64,000 bases of DNA from Amoeboaphelidium protococcarum X5 (lineage: Eukaryota > Fungi > Aphelidiomycota): assembly GCA_023515725.1 (NCBI GenBank), contig JALDTO010000057.1, forward strand, positions 62,001-126,000. Reading direction: 5' to 3'. The translations under genes were made by a program, and so were the position numbers. Shown piece after piece: positions 41,248 to 54,922 of this stretch (position 1 is its first letter; every line of letters starts with the position of its first letter). Under the pieces are notes generated by a model. That model did no database searches. It was not told where the DNA came from and saw nothing but the letters and a program-made list of their open reading frames with translations.

Positions 41248-42495
41248 TCAATCTTCCTTCACAATTGTAGTCTCATGATAAGCGAAAAACTTCTAATCTT
41301 GAGAAGGCGGTCCATTTCCACCTACGTGTGACACATCCACCTAATCAAAAAACATAAAGCAAAACGGTTTTGCGACAAGAGTTTGCAGCAATTTACGTAT
41401 TAGATACGGAAGCTCTGCCAGAATATCTACTTTGTCCAGAGCTTTGTTTAAGTTATTTATAAACTTGATATTCAATTGAGAGCTTTCTGATCTAGCCACG
41501 GACGCAGAGCACTCTGTAGCCAACTGATACTTACTTTTGTCGTCCTCCACGCACTGACCACCTTCAACATACTTGGACGCCAAAGAAACATGAACACCAT
41601 TCTGCGTAGTCACTAAAGACTAGCAGACAGCCACAGAAGATGCCCCATTATTGCCCGGCGCTACGAAGCGCATAAATAGTGTACTCAGAGCGGCATCAGA
41701 ATCCGCCAAGTCTAAAGGGCGTTAAATGGACGCGAAATCCCAGCGTACGGCACATAAATGAGGCTTGGAAGATTATAACTAATGTACCATGGCACAGACA
41801 CCGGACAATGACAAAGCTTTACCATCCTGAACCATTTAACCGCTAAATTACATATATGGCGCCCATTTGTGAGTGATAAAGACGTTAGAGCCAACATATG
41901 TTTTACCATCACCGATTTGTATTAGCGGAGGACATTTCCCTTCTAACTACGGACATGCTGAAGCTTAAATGCTGAACACAGTAGACTGCAATTTACAAAC
42001 AACGTTATATCCAAGAAACTTACCATCATTAGACACCATCTAAGCCACTTAAATCTTCTCATCAAGAACGAAGCTGCAATTATTATTACTGCCAGTAAAC
42101 TGAAACTAACCACCATTGAATGATGCAGATTAAAATACTGTCTAACCAGAATTAACATCGAAATATTTAAAAGTCACCTGCACCGAAGATGACACAACTG
42201 AAGAGTATGCAATCTACAGCAGGACAAATCCAGTGACTTGTTGCTCAGAACCATCGCCGTTGTAGATAGTGCAGTAAAAAGTCTAACTCTCAGCACCACC
42301 GGCATGGTGTGTCCAGTTCATCTAATGCGGTTGTAAGACTGTGAGAAGATCTTTGGATTGATACTAATCTTTGGGTTTACGGACACCGTTAATTGGAACA
42401 GGCAGTCTCACCGATTTGTATCCATCCACACTAGGTTCCTGAGGCTCCACACTACTCCCAGACTCGACGCTTTCTTTACTCCCTCTCCAGAACAT
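41248..42495 (-). CDS. SVF1: Survival factor 1 (Svf1-like)
   Basis: AESQTFY, GFVLLQIAYSSV, LDKVDILAELPYLIRKLLQTLVAKPF; 415-aa code-6 frame. Confidence 0.8.
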
Positions 42496-42895
42496 ATTTA
42501 TTGCAGTGCCAGCTTATGCGCGGGAAATAACATAAATGATCCCACACTGCCTAGTTACCAAAGTTATCAGCCAACATTCTCACACTGCTGACTGATTGTT
42601 TCGTCTCGGCCGAGATGATCAAACAATCATCGACCATCGGTGCGGACGGTTCGTTTCAGGGGATCGGCTCGATCTGTAAATTTCTCACCAGCATTGAACT
42701 CTCCTATCGTAATGTTAATTTGTCGCGTTTTCGCGAAAAGTCAAAAGCGCGTTAAAAGAGTCCGCATTTTCAACCTTAGATTAACCGAAAAACGAAATTC
42801 TTTCTGGCCGTTTATCTCAACGTTGGTTCTTTTACTGTAGTAGATAACGTGGTGGAGTATTCTCTGATAATATTTAAAATAAAATAAGTAATAAA

Positions 42896-43213
42896 ATGGC
42901 ATTACTTTCTGGACCTCGTTTACACGTCAAGGGAAGAGTTCTTGGATTTAAGCGTGCAAAGAGAAATTAGAGAGAGAACACCTCATTGATCTAGGTGGAC
43001 GGTGTGCGCAGCATTGAGGATACACGCTTCTACATGGGCAAGCACGTTGCATTTGTATACAAGGCCAAGAAGGAGATCAACGGATCTAGAGTCAGAGTTA
43101 TCTTTGGAAAGATTATGCGCCCACACGGAAATTCTGGCGTCGTTAAAGCTAAATTCAGAAAGAACCTTCCTCCAAAGTCTATGGGTGCCTCTGTCCGTGT
43201 CATGTTGTACTGA
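42896..43213 (+). CDS. RPL33: 60S ribosomal protein eL33 (L35a)
   Basis: RLHVKGRVLGFKRAKRNQRENTSLI, FYMGKHVAFVYKA, RPHGNSGVVKAKFRKNLPPK. Confidence 0.96.
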
Positions 43214-43349
43214 GCGCGTATTCTACTTTGTGAGATCTCTCTGACTAGACTTGAATAATGAATAGTTCTCATGAAAATAAATATGCACTCTTTATATATC
43301 AATTTGCTTAAAGTATCTATTGAGACTTACTAGCGATCAGCCGCTTCAT

Positions 43350-44861
43350 TCACTCATTGTTACCCCGCAGATCAACTATGATCACTTTGTTCTTACTGCC
43401 TTTAACGGGATCCCATCGGCCAAACTTTTACTCTTTGGACACACCCACCACTGCATGCGTGGCATTCTTATTAATCTTGATGCTATTGATCCATCCAGCG
43501 ATCGAGATAGTCTTGATTTAAGTGATTCGCTTAGCTTCTCTATCCACTTGAAATAATCGCAGATGGCCATCACAACTACCACTGATGATTAGATCGGAAT
43601 ATCGCGCGCATGCAACAGCAGATATCCAATTTGGCTTTGAAATGCAATAAGCATACTATTTCAGTTACTCGCTGACTTCCTAGGCATTATCTCTGTTTAC
43701 CTAAACTTCTGAAGAGACTCCATCAGCGTTTTACACCGCAATAGTGCGTCCGTGTGCGTGAGGCAAAGTAAAGACTGGCTTCTTCTTTTGAGTGTTCCAT
43801 AAACACAGGGACCCAGAATCGCTGCCAGTAACCCAATATTCTTCATCTAAACATGCCAATACATCCACAGATCCAGTCTCATCTACTGCCAATTAGTTTA
43901 CTTCATCGCAATTCAAAGACTATAAATCCTCGCTCAAAGTCTTGGTTATCCTATGGCTAGATGCTCTAAAGATCAATTGCGATTCTTCAACAATCTTCCA
44001 CAGACGCACAGTCTTATCACGGCTGCCGACACTGATACATCGCTCCCGACTACCGATAGAGTCTAAATCCATGACTTGATCTTGATGACCAAACAGAGTC
44101 TCCACGTAAGTCTTCTCAGTCACATTGAACACTTTCACAGAGCGATCTGCAGAGGCAGAGTATAGCATGTGCTGATCAGATTTGAAAGCCAGAGCAGTCA
44201 CGAAATCTCTATGTTGATTAAACTTCATAGCCAACTAATCAGATGGGGTATCATACACGTAAACCAGCTTATCCTGACCACCAAAGGCAAGATATTTATC
44301 ATCATGCGATAGAGCCAACGCGAAAATTGGACCAGGTGTTTCGATGGAAGCCAACTACTTCATAGTGGATACATCAAACTTGAGGATATGCTTGCCTTTA
44401 GTTGCCACATAAATAAATTGAGCATCCGAAGATATGACGACGGCATTGACAGGCTTACTAAGAGCCTTCTGCGTCACAATAGCTGGCTGTAAAGAATCCG
44501 CAATAGGTGTGATAAGCTTGCCCTTCTTCTCAAGCGCGTCCGATTTAAGTCGAGATATGATCAATTCACGGTCAATCTCTGCAGCATCAAATTAACCATC
44601 ATTTAACTAAGATTATTAAGCCAGAGAGTTGATATAAGATTTCGCTAATCTGACGCGTTTTTACTGAGCAGTTTCTTCATCACTTTCACTTTCGCTGACA
44701 CTCACATCGACCTTATCGATATCAGAAAACACATCCTCAATATCACCGCCAACATCAGCATACTCATCATCCGCCGCTTTATCTTTATCAGAATATCTAG
44801 AGTTTCTGGCCCTCTTTTGTGAACTAGAGCCTTATGTGTTGATAAAAAATTTGTCCTTCAT
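43350..44861 (-). CDS. RRP9: U3 snoRNP 55K protein (WD40)
   Basis: ETAQQKRVRLAKSYI, YVETLFGHQD, RERCISVGSRDKTVRLWKIVEESQLIFR, LWNTQKKKP, EQKFGRW. Confidence 0.93.
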
Positions 44862-45030
44862 ACTATTTAGTGAGCGGTTTTATACTTTTTCAAGATCGAA
44901 TAATAAAGAGAAAACTAAAGAATTTTGCACCAATTCTCTGCAACATAAGATTATATTCCAGACATTATTCTTTCAAATTATTCACACATTCAAGCGATTC
45001 ATATATACACTAGTATAAATACATACGCAT

Positions 45031-46332
45031 TCATACACCAACAGGCTCAGAAGTCTTGAAAATTGGCTTTATCATACCGTGTCTTTTCTCATCAAAGATG
45101 CGGTAGCTCTCGCCAATCTTGTCGAAACTCTCAACATGAGATACCAACCACTTCAAGTCAATTTCTTTGTTCAACATCTTTTCCAATAGCATTGCCCAAT
45201 GCTTCTGGCAGTGCAGTTGACCAGACTTTAGCACAAGTCCCTTTTCCATGATGGCACCAATTGGGAAATGATTTGCGTATCCAATGTACACTCCAATGAT
45301 TGACACTGTGCCACTCTTACGAACCAACTTGATACAATCAGTCAACCCATCAATAGAATCAGTTTCAAATCCCAGACTCTACTCAATGAAATGAGTGAAC
45401 GTCTTGGAATAATCAAATCCAGTGGCATCAATCACGCAATCTGGCGCCTTTCCACCCAGCAGTTCTTTACACTTTTACAGTGGATTCTTCTCCTAGCTAG
45501 CATCAACAGTCATAAACTCTAAATCTCTCAGCGAAGGATGATCATGAACCAGTTTCAAGCGATCAGGCACGCGATCAACCATCACAACTTTCTCAGCCTT
45601 GAACAGAGTCTTTGCAAAGTATCCGGCTGCCAAACCAATAGGACCACATCCGTAAACCACCAAAGTCTTGTGCCACTCATCGCTGCCAATATCAGAAAAT
45701 AAGGCTGACTGGTACGCGGTCGGAGCAACATCTGACAACATGATTGCTTATTCATCGCTCAAGCCACCATCAGCTTCAACTTTTGACTCTGGCAGTATCA
45801 ACAGATTCACATCAGCCAGAGGAACGCGAGCATATTCAGACTATAGTCCTGGATAGCCGCCAGTCATATGCGAATATCCAAACAATGCTGCCGTGGCACC
45901 ACCGTACATGCTATCCTGCACCTTGGATGGATTAGTGCAGTCGCAGTTGCTGAAACGTCCCATTTTGCAAAAGTCACACTAACCACACGCAATCACAGCG
46001 CTGATAGACACTCGATCACCAACCTTGACGTTAGATACCTGAGAGCCAACTTCGACGACACGGCCACACGCTTCATGACCAAGAATATCACTCTTCTCAG
46101 TCTCAGACACCACGCCATGATACAAGTGCAAGTCAGATCCACAGATAGTGGACACTTCAATGTGCACTATAGCATCCCTTGGCTCAGTGATCATTGGACG
46201 TGGCACGGTGTTCACTTCAACCTTCTTCTTCCCTTTATACAAGAGAGCCTTCATCTTTTCAGTCTTGCTCCACAGCGGCTAAGAAGCAGTCACGCATTGT
46301 CTTTGATATCCCACAGTCTCTTCTAATACCAT
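45031..46332 (-). CDS. Zinc-dependent alcohol/formaldehyde dehydrogenase-like (MDR family)
   Basis: ICGSDLHLY, LGHEACG, ACGQCDFC...C structural Zn site, LSDVAPTAY, GCGPIG. Confidence 0.9.
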
Positions 46333-47104
46333 ATTTTTAGTTTAATCGTCGTGATAGTTGCAATTGATGTGAAAAAGAGAGCTAGTCATATTTAAATCAT
46401 ATCAGTTACGGGCCATGACTCTAAACTTCAAACAATGAGTCACTTTTGATGTCGCAGCTCCTTTACGCGTAAACATGTGATAATTCACTTGAAAATTCTT
46501 TTTAAATATACGTACATCAACTACTGGTATATTCCAGCGTGGGCATAGTAGTATTATACCAACGTTGTTTCAACATATTAAAACTTTGACTATATCAGAT
46601 CTAATCAACTTGTCATAAATTTTCTGCGTGCATTTAGGCTTTTTTTCTACCCATGATGTTTCATCAAACCGTTTTTGATTATTTCAACTCATGGACACTA
46701 CTGTCAATTGAAACAGTTTTATGATATCACCTTCAACTAGTAATGTGGGAGGAGAATTACGCTCACAGTAAATCAAGCCTTTATCACATGCGCAACGAAG
46801 TGAAAATGGACACCATGTACATAAGCACTCCCTCTGCACTCGACTAAAACAGAACACGCAAAAAAGCTTTCTTATCTCCCACACGCGTTCTCTATCTGTC
46901 TCTCATTCCATTTCTCTTCCCTTTCTCTCCCTCATCAAATTCTCTTTTGGGCCGTGCCGTTTTGGGCTTTCCCGTTCCATTCCTGCTGTAGAATTCCATC
47001 TACTCAGCTTTATTCCCTTCAATCACTATTGCTAATACTCTTCTGAACTTTAGTATCTTGATCTAATAATAGTAATAATATTAATTAATAACCAGAGAAA
47101 CAAT

Positions 47105-48313
47105 ATGGTTAGTACAGAGACTCAATAAAAGAAAAAGGAAGTTGTGGATGCTCCAATTATGCAATTGGCTCAGTACACCCATGTGCTGACTTTGGACAAG
47201 TAAGGCGTTGACGGTCTGGATGCAAAGAAGGTTGCTGCCCAGTAAGAATTGTTGAAATAGATTAAGCTGCATAATATGGCTCCTCTGTACCAGAAATTGG
47301 GTCAGTCAGCTTAGAAGTAGTAGCTAATTGGCAAGTATGACTAGACTCTGTATGAGAAGATGTTAAAAGTGAATGAAGAGCAAATCGCCGCGTTCAAAGA
47401 CAAGCTGTCCGATGCTGAGAAGAATTATGGTGAGAGTGAAGTGTATGAGGTGTTGATCGATACTGCCAATTACTTTGCGCTTATTGGAGATAGGGAGAAG
47501 GCTGAGACTGCGTACCATATCGCTTATGATAAGGCTGTTGGAAGTGGTGCCAGGCTGGACATTATCTTTTCCCTCCTGCGTATTGGACTCTTCTTCAATG
47601 ATCATGACTTGATTACTCGCAACCTTGTCCGCGCTCAAGATCTTATTAGCCAGGGCGGTGACTGGGATAAGAAGAATAAATTGAAGGTGTATGAAGGTGT
47701 GTACAAAATGTCAATCAGAGACTTTAAAGGTGCGATTGAGTTGTTACTGGATGGTTTGAGTACGTTCACTGCTACTGAATTCTTATCCTATTAGGAGTAT
47801 GTTGCATACACTTTGGTGTGTGGTCTGCTGACACTTCCACGTGCCGAGTTGAAGAAGAAGATTATCGACTCGAGTGAGGTGTTGGAGGTTATTCACAAGA
47901 TTCCCGACTTGCAAGTATTTGTGTCGTCTTTGTATGATTGCAAGTATGATGTACTGTTCTAGAGTCTATGCAATGTTGAGTAGATGATGTACCAGGACAA
48001 GTATTTGAGTAGTCATTATCGCTGGTACGTGAAGGAGGTGAGAATCTTGGCTTACCGTCAGCTGTTGGACTCTTACTCTTCCCTCTCACTCTCTCAGCTG
48101 GCCAAGACTTTTGGTGTGAGTGAGGATTTCATTGACCGTGACATTAGCAAGTTTATCGCTCTGGGAAGATTGAATTGTGTGATTGACAAGGTGTCCAACT
48201 TGGTTTTGAACAGGAAGAATGATACTCGCAATCATTTGTACACCCAGGTGATTAAGCAAGGAGATTTGGTATTGAATCGTGTTTAGAAGCTCTCCAGAGT
48301 GGTCAACATGTGA
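47105..48313 (+). CDS. RPN7: 26S proteasome lid subunit Rpn7
   Basis: HNMAPLY, GGDWDKKNKLKVYEG, STFTATE, PCI domain, IKQGDLVLNRVQKLSRV. Confidence 0.95.
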
Positions 48314-48560
48314 TTGCTTCTTCGCGTTGTATCAGTGGTTAGTGCTCCTTTAATCTATATGGCGTTTGATTGTATAAGAGTGAAGAGAGAGAGAGAGAGA
48401 GTAATGACAGAATATTTGTATGAAAGTTGCCCTTAGTTTAACAAATACCGCTATTATTTATCATTATTATCAATAGTATTGCGAGTACCGTATACTGTAA
48501 GGTATCTATTGAATAACTGCATCTCCACTCTCCTTCCTTCATACTTGCACTATACTGTAA

Positions 48561-51500
48561 TCATTGCTCGTCAACTACAATGCGAGGTGCAATGTTCATA
48601 GACATCAGCTCTTGGAATAGCAACTTGGTGGCATAAGGCAGGTGGATTTGACTAATCTGAGTCTTATTGTGGCAAATACGACACTCATACGAATTCTTGG
48701 ACAGGTTGGCAATGCACATTAATCCACATAGATCACAAACATGGACACGGAATGCATCAGATACGTCAAATAGACGCTCCTTCAAGAACATTGCAGCACC
48801 ATGCGCAACAATCACATCGTGCTCCATCTCACCGAAACGAAGGCCACCATCACGAGAACGTCCCTCCACCGGTTGACGAGTCAGAATCTGAACAGGACCA
48901 CGAGCACGAGCATGAATCTTGTCGTCAACCATATGCTTCAGTCTCTAGTAGAAGGTCGGTCCTATAAAGATGTTGGCAGCCAATTTCTAACCAGTCTATC
49001 CATTGTACAGCACCTCGAATCCTCTCTTCTGATATCCACACTTGGCCAGCGCATTACTAATATCTTCCACAGTCACATCAGTAAACGGTGTTCCATCTCC
49101 TTCATCCCCAGTCAGCGCAGACACTTTACTCAACAGACATTCGATCAGATGACCAATAGTCATCCGCGACGGAATGGCATGCGGGTTAATGATGACATCT
49201 GGGACAATGCCATCAGCTGTATAAGGTAAGTCTTCTTACCTATACAGCATACCAAGTACTCCCTTTTATCCGTGGCGAGAGCAATGCTTGTCTCCCACTT
49301 AAGGAATCTTCACACTTCTGACTCTAGTCTTACACATTTTAAGATCTAGGTCATTAGTGGTGAGGAGTACTTGGTCCACAACACCATATTCCGTAGACCG
49401 CATGGTAGCGGAGCTATCACGTTTGACGTGACGTGCCGTACGCTGACCCAGCTCTTCAGAGTCTACAGGGATAGGTACAGTTTTTCCCACGAGGATATCA
49501 TCTCCACTCACTCTAGTGCCAGGAGGAACTAGACCGTCCGCGTCCAACTTTTCGTAATTATTTCCACGTCTAATCAGAGTATCCCGAGGATTAGGCTTCT
49601 CAATCTCTTCCAATTCCAGGGCGCCAACCTTCTTCACTTGCTCAGTATATGTACGGAAGAAGAAGGATCTAAATAGTCCACGGTCAATAGCACTCTAGCT
49701 CATGAGAATGGAATCTTCTTGGTTGTATCCACCATGACAGGCAATGGCGACAATAGCATTCTACCCGGCAGGAAGTTCACGATAATGTAAATGCTCCATA
49801 GCACGAGTCGTCACTAACGGCTTCTGAGGATAGAATAGAACAGATGACAGAGTGTCCATACGCTGCTAAAAGTTTGTCAAATACACACCAATAGTCTACT
49901 TGGACTGACTGGCAGAATAACAATTTCTAGGAGACTGGTTATGGTCAGGGAATGGAATGGTGGATGCAGATACACCAAACATTAGAGATGGATGCAGTTC
50001 ACAATGAGTCCATTTCTTTAAATCTGGCTGTCCATTCATTGCTCTCATCTTTGACTCGACTAGATCCTCAGGTGTCATACTGATCAGCGCCGTTTCCTCT
50101 TCCTCAGTATCAATATACTCCACCACACCATCGGCAAGTAACTGATTCCACCCAATCTCCTTCTTCTCCAATAAACGCACATGATTCTTGGTTAGCACTA
50201 GAGCGCCATCTTTAACAATGAATAATGGACGACAAACACGTCCACTATCAGTGTACAGTCTCAACTCTCGGTCTCTGTAATCACGTACAATCGACACCTC
50301 CTGTGATAGATCTAGGCTACGTCTCAGCTGCTTCAGATTCTCTGCGAGCATATCAGGATCTCGGTGTATACCCACCCAGACACCATTCACAAACACTTTG
50401 GTCGCACCACCAATGAAGGATGGATTCACATCGGCCAGGTTCTCCATGGCCCACTCTTCTAAAAACTCCAAGACGGGAGATGTTGGGGATCCCACAGAGA
50501 CGTAAGCCATCAGAGCCAAATTCTTCACAAGGCCGCACGCCTAACCTTCAGGACTCTCTGCCGGACACACCATACCGAACTAGGAATTATGCAACTGTCT
50601 CGGCTTGGCCAATTTGCCCTCTCTACCAATAGGTGCGTTACATCTTCTCAAATGACTCAGAGTACTAATATAGGTGTACCGATTCAACACCTGACTAACA
50701 CCGGCTCTCGTTGACATGGCTTTGGACTAATCGCCCCAATTACCAGTGGCGATAGAGTACTTGAGACCGCTAGTGATGATCTAATGCTTGACAGCCAACG
50801 GCAAATTAAACTCTCTACCTTCATTGATGCACTTTTACAAGTACTTGCCCACATCTGTGGTCAACTTGCGGAACAACATTCTAAACAGACCGCCCAACAG
50901 AGGACCAGCCAAGTCCAATCTCTTCTTTGCAAAGTGATCACGATCATCCAGCTCTCTTCTCTCAAGAGCACATTATAGCAGACGATTGATCATGTAGCCA
51001 AAGAAGAAGGCCTTCTTACTCTCTGAATGCTCTTCCACTCCAACATGGGGCAGAAACTCCTTCTACAGAATCTCACGCGCATACTTTATACGCTACTCTC
51101 TCCTCACACCGACCGTAGTTCCACGCTTGCCAATAAAATCCAACGCTACATTCTAATCTTGAATGGTGAAAGCCTCTTCAATGCACGGCTTGAGTAGATC
51201 AAGCATTTGCGTATCCTCAGGATCATAGACAATGTGAGACAGAATATCCTTATCCGCGACAACACCTAATGCTCTAAACACAATTCCAATTGGGATATCC
51301 TACTTGATGTATGGAATCTGGCAGCGAATATACTGCCCAGAAGTGCCCTTATCAGCAAGTCTAGACAACATTTTGACAAAGACGGCTGATGCATTCTTAC
51401 CTCCACGCTCCACTGCAGATCTAATCTCGGCCGTGTAAGAGTATGGACTAGGGGGACTTTTGGCAAATACGTACACCTAGTTATTAGCCATACGCTCTTG

Positions 51501-52085
51501 GGCGATCAACACCTTCTCCGAACCATTGATGATAAAGTATCCACCCTAATCATACGGACACTCACCCATGCCCATTAGTTCATGATTCGACGAAGAGCTG
51601 AGTGCGCAGTACGATGACTTTACCATCAGCGGCACCTTGCCCAAGAATATTCTCTCATACATAACCTCATCCTCCTACTCCAAGTGCATCTCATTTACAT
51701 TTACAATACCTTGGTTCAATTCATGATTTGGATCCGCCACGTACGTAGTCTTTTTAATATCAATGTACAGAGGCGCAGCATACGTTAAATTTCGCAATCT
51801 CGCCATACTAGGCAACAATGGGGTGGACATTCCATCCTTCTCCGTATGCAGCGGCTTACTCAAATATACTTGTCCAAATTAGATAACGTGACGGCGAGTA
51901 ACATCGCCCTCCTGCCCAGAGAACTGGCTATTACTTTGCAGCACCAGTTGTGAGTGCTCATCAACCAGTTCCTGCATAGTGTTCTAAATGAACGAGTCAA
52001 AAGAATCCAGCTGCTATCTCACCAGTCCCTTCTCCTCAAAGAATGATGAAATAACCTGCCAGCAATTTTCCTGCGTAATGTCCAT
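48561..52085 (-). CDS. RPB2: RNA polymerase II second-largest subunit (intronless, ~1174 aa)
   Basis: [81 protein letters not shown]. Confidence 0.97.
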
Positions 52086-52670
52086 ATTTTTAGTGGTTAT
52101 TAAAAGGAAGGGGAATATACAATATAATAAATATTGTTGTTGGAATGGAATTGATTGTCTAATTAAGGGAGCGTTGACGCTCCAGCGGAACGAGAAAAGA
52201 ATATTTTGAAATCTGGCCCGCGAGTAATTTTTTTTTCATTCGTTTTCATGTTTCAATCTCTGCCGTTCCCGATCGGCGCCCTTTATGAGTACGGATCTGC
52301 GTCAGATTAATCTTCTTGGACGGATATGCTATTGAATTTAAATCGTAAAAATCTCGTGTTCATTAGTCAACGGTTTAAATTTTATATGGAAAACAACGTT
52401 TAGTATTAAAATGTAGTACCATGCAGAGTATCAACTGCAATGAGTTACCTGTCTTTGCAATAATTACAAGCTTTGGAGCTCGACTCTTATGGGCTCGTTT
52501 GATCCACAGAAGCGACATATCTTTTAGCGATTTACAATTGAAGACGACCGTTCGAGTAATCAGAATACATTATACCCAATTTCGGAATTTTTCCTGAAAT
52601 ACTGTAGCTTCCATTTCTAAATTTGTAGTCCGTATCGACTTTTTATTTTTTACCTGCGTTGCAAAAAACA

Positions 52671-52742
52671 CGACCGAGGCCGGACTTGAACCGACAACCT
52701 CAAGCTTCGAAGACTTACGCGCTTCGATTGCGCCACTCGGCA
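52671..52742 (-). tRNA. tRNA-Arg (TCG), possibly a pseudogene
   Basis: Anticodon arm TAAGT-CTTCGAA-GCTTG; T loop GGTTCAAGTCC; T-run terminator; but T1:C72 mismatch and D-loop lacks GG. Confidence 0.8.
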
Positions 52743-53271
52743 AGTCAAAACCACAAATATCCGGCTTCTAGACATACTATATACTCAACAGGGACTGGAC
52801 TTCTAACGAAAAATAGAGGCGAAAGGTGCAACAGGTTTAAGCACCTTATTTACGCCCATTGTAGACCTTACTAGAATAGCACACGCTCATTGCGGTACTA
52901 CCCTCAAATTTTGTCGCGATTATCCCGCGCGGTCCGTGCACTCTCACAAATGTTTAGGCACCTTTGATCACTAAGGATGCTACAACGGTACCACTAGACT
53001 TTATTCACCCATTCGGGCGTATTAAGGAGCGGATCGATTGCTCTAGCTTTAGAAAAGTTTTAGTGGGCGAGTGTCGAAGCTGTGTCCTGCGGATAGCTGC
53101 CACTGACCATCTTGCCAATCATCAACTAGAGGCCTGGTGTACCATTCCATGAACTTTTGAGAAATGATCATTGATAAACCAGAGGATGCTGACGTGTTGC
53201 TGCGACGATCTGTCATTTTGATCACGGGAGGCGACTTGAGCAACTCAACTCAACGACACGATAGTCGAGTT

Positions 53272-54780
53272 ATGTTGTACTGTAAGGGCAGCTTGTTTAT
53301 GCGTCTCATTTTTAATCTTATAGGTGGAAAGAAGCTCTTTTAATAAGCTGTGACAGAATACTCATAAAGTGAAAGTTTAATTTTGTCATGGTTTAGTTGT
53401 GAGAGTTGGGAACGTGCGATAAAAGGGTCATGGGGGCTTAGGTTGAACATATTGTCTCAATTGAAAACAGTCGGTACAGCGCTTATTCACAACAATCCTC
53501 ACAGCATTCGTGCAAAAAGTATTTTGTGTCGACAACATAATCAGTTACTATAAGATATTCATCCTGAGCTCAATCATTGTCGAATCACTTTGTTTTCTCG
53601 TTGCTTGAGCAAACACTCGATTTAATTGAACCATTATGGTGTATTGAGAAATGGGTTATTAACGCTACGAATACAGGTTCTAGCAAGAACTTTTTGTCAA
53701 GCATTAAATAAAATATACTTCCTTGATGTTGCAAAATCAATGAAAAATCTGGATTGACTTGACATAGTGCCTTTGAAGACGAATTTGCTCCATGCACAAG
53801 ATTATAAACAAACTTGAGTTGAACTGCTATACCATCATTGTCAAAGATTGACAACATGAATAGAACATACAGAGAAGATTTATACAATTTCTGCTATGAG
53901 ATGTGGAGATTGATGCCGGATGGAAATGCCATGCTTAAGCTGTATTTGTACGCATATTTTTTTGAGAGAATACTGATGTACACACCATTCCTAAGCTGTC
54001 GGCGACTACCATTGTCAAAATCTTTTAATCTGCCTCCATATAGATCGACCTGCAGTCAAAAGGTGAAACGGTCCCAGGAGTTTATAAAATTGACTAGGAC
54101 AATAAACTGCATGAGAAAGTTTAAAAAATGGTGATCAATGCTCGTGGTACTAGAGTTCCTTTTGTGCGTTCGCCTTCTAGATACAACGCTTATGTCCTGC
54201 ATTTCTGTCGCAACTATGTCAAACTGATTAAGATCTAGTTGAATGCCAATTTGCGGAATCGCTTGGTCAGATTGTTTCGTCATGCATTATTATTGATTGA
54301 CGTTGGCAAGATTTTGGATTCTAAAAAGCTGATCAAGGCTATGATTGATTCTCCGGACCTCTTGCTGATGTTTTAGTTTGATAGTGATAATCTGTCTGTT
54401 TACATCAAAGTAGCTGATGCAAGGATGTCGTCACAGAAAATGTAGGAATTACAGGTAGTTTTTGAAAGAGGCTTTTGCCTACTACAAATAAACTCCATTA
54501 ATATATCTTGGCAATGAGCAATTTAAGTACTAGTGGTTCCCCTTGGAAACGTTTGTACGAAATTGCTGAAACCAAGGTTATTGAAGAGTGTATATATATA
54601 AATAGACTCCCTAGTAACAGAGAGAGAGTTAGGAATCAATGAATGTCGGATCACACTCCTTATCAGTAGATGATTATAGTGATAAATAGAATTAATATGT
54701 CTCGTAGACAACGTATCAAGAATTTTTCTTCTCCTTAGCAATAGAAATCAATGCCTTCGATGTTTACAGCCGTAATAGAT
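53272..54780 (+). pseudogene. Decayed Leu-rich coding-like sequence, family not recognised
   Basis: Long code-6 open stretches interrupted by TGA stops (e.g. ~53755, ~53815); no diagnostic motif. Confidence 0.3.
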
Positions 54781-54922
54781 AGTGCGCAGTCTTTAGCGAC
54801 CAAGAGTTCACTCAAAATTGGGTTGTTTCATCTGCCTGCACCATGGTTATGCTGTACAGCGCGCGTCCATAGTCAACCACACGAAAGTGAACCATGGTGT
54901 AACTGTTTCTGTGGAAAATCTG

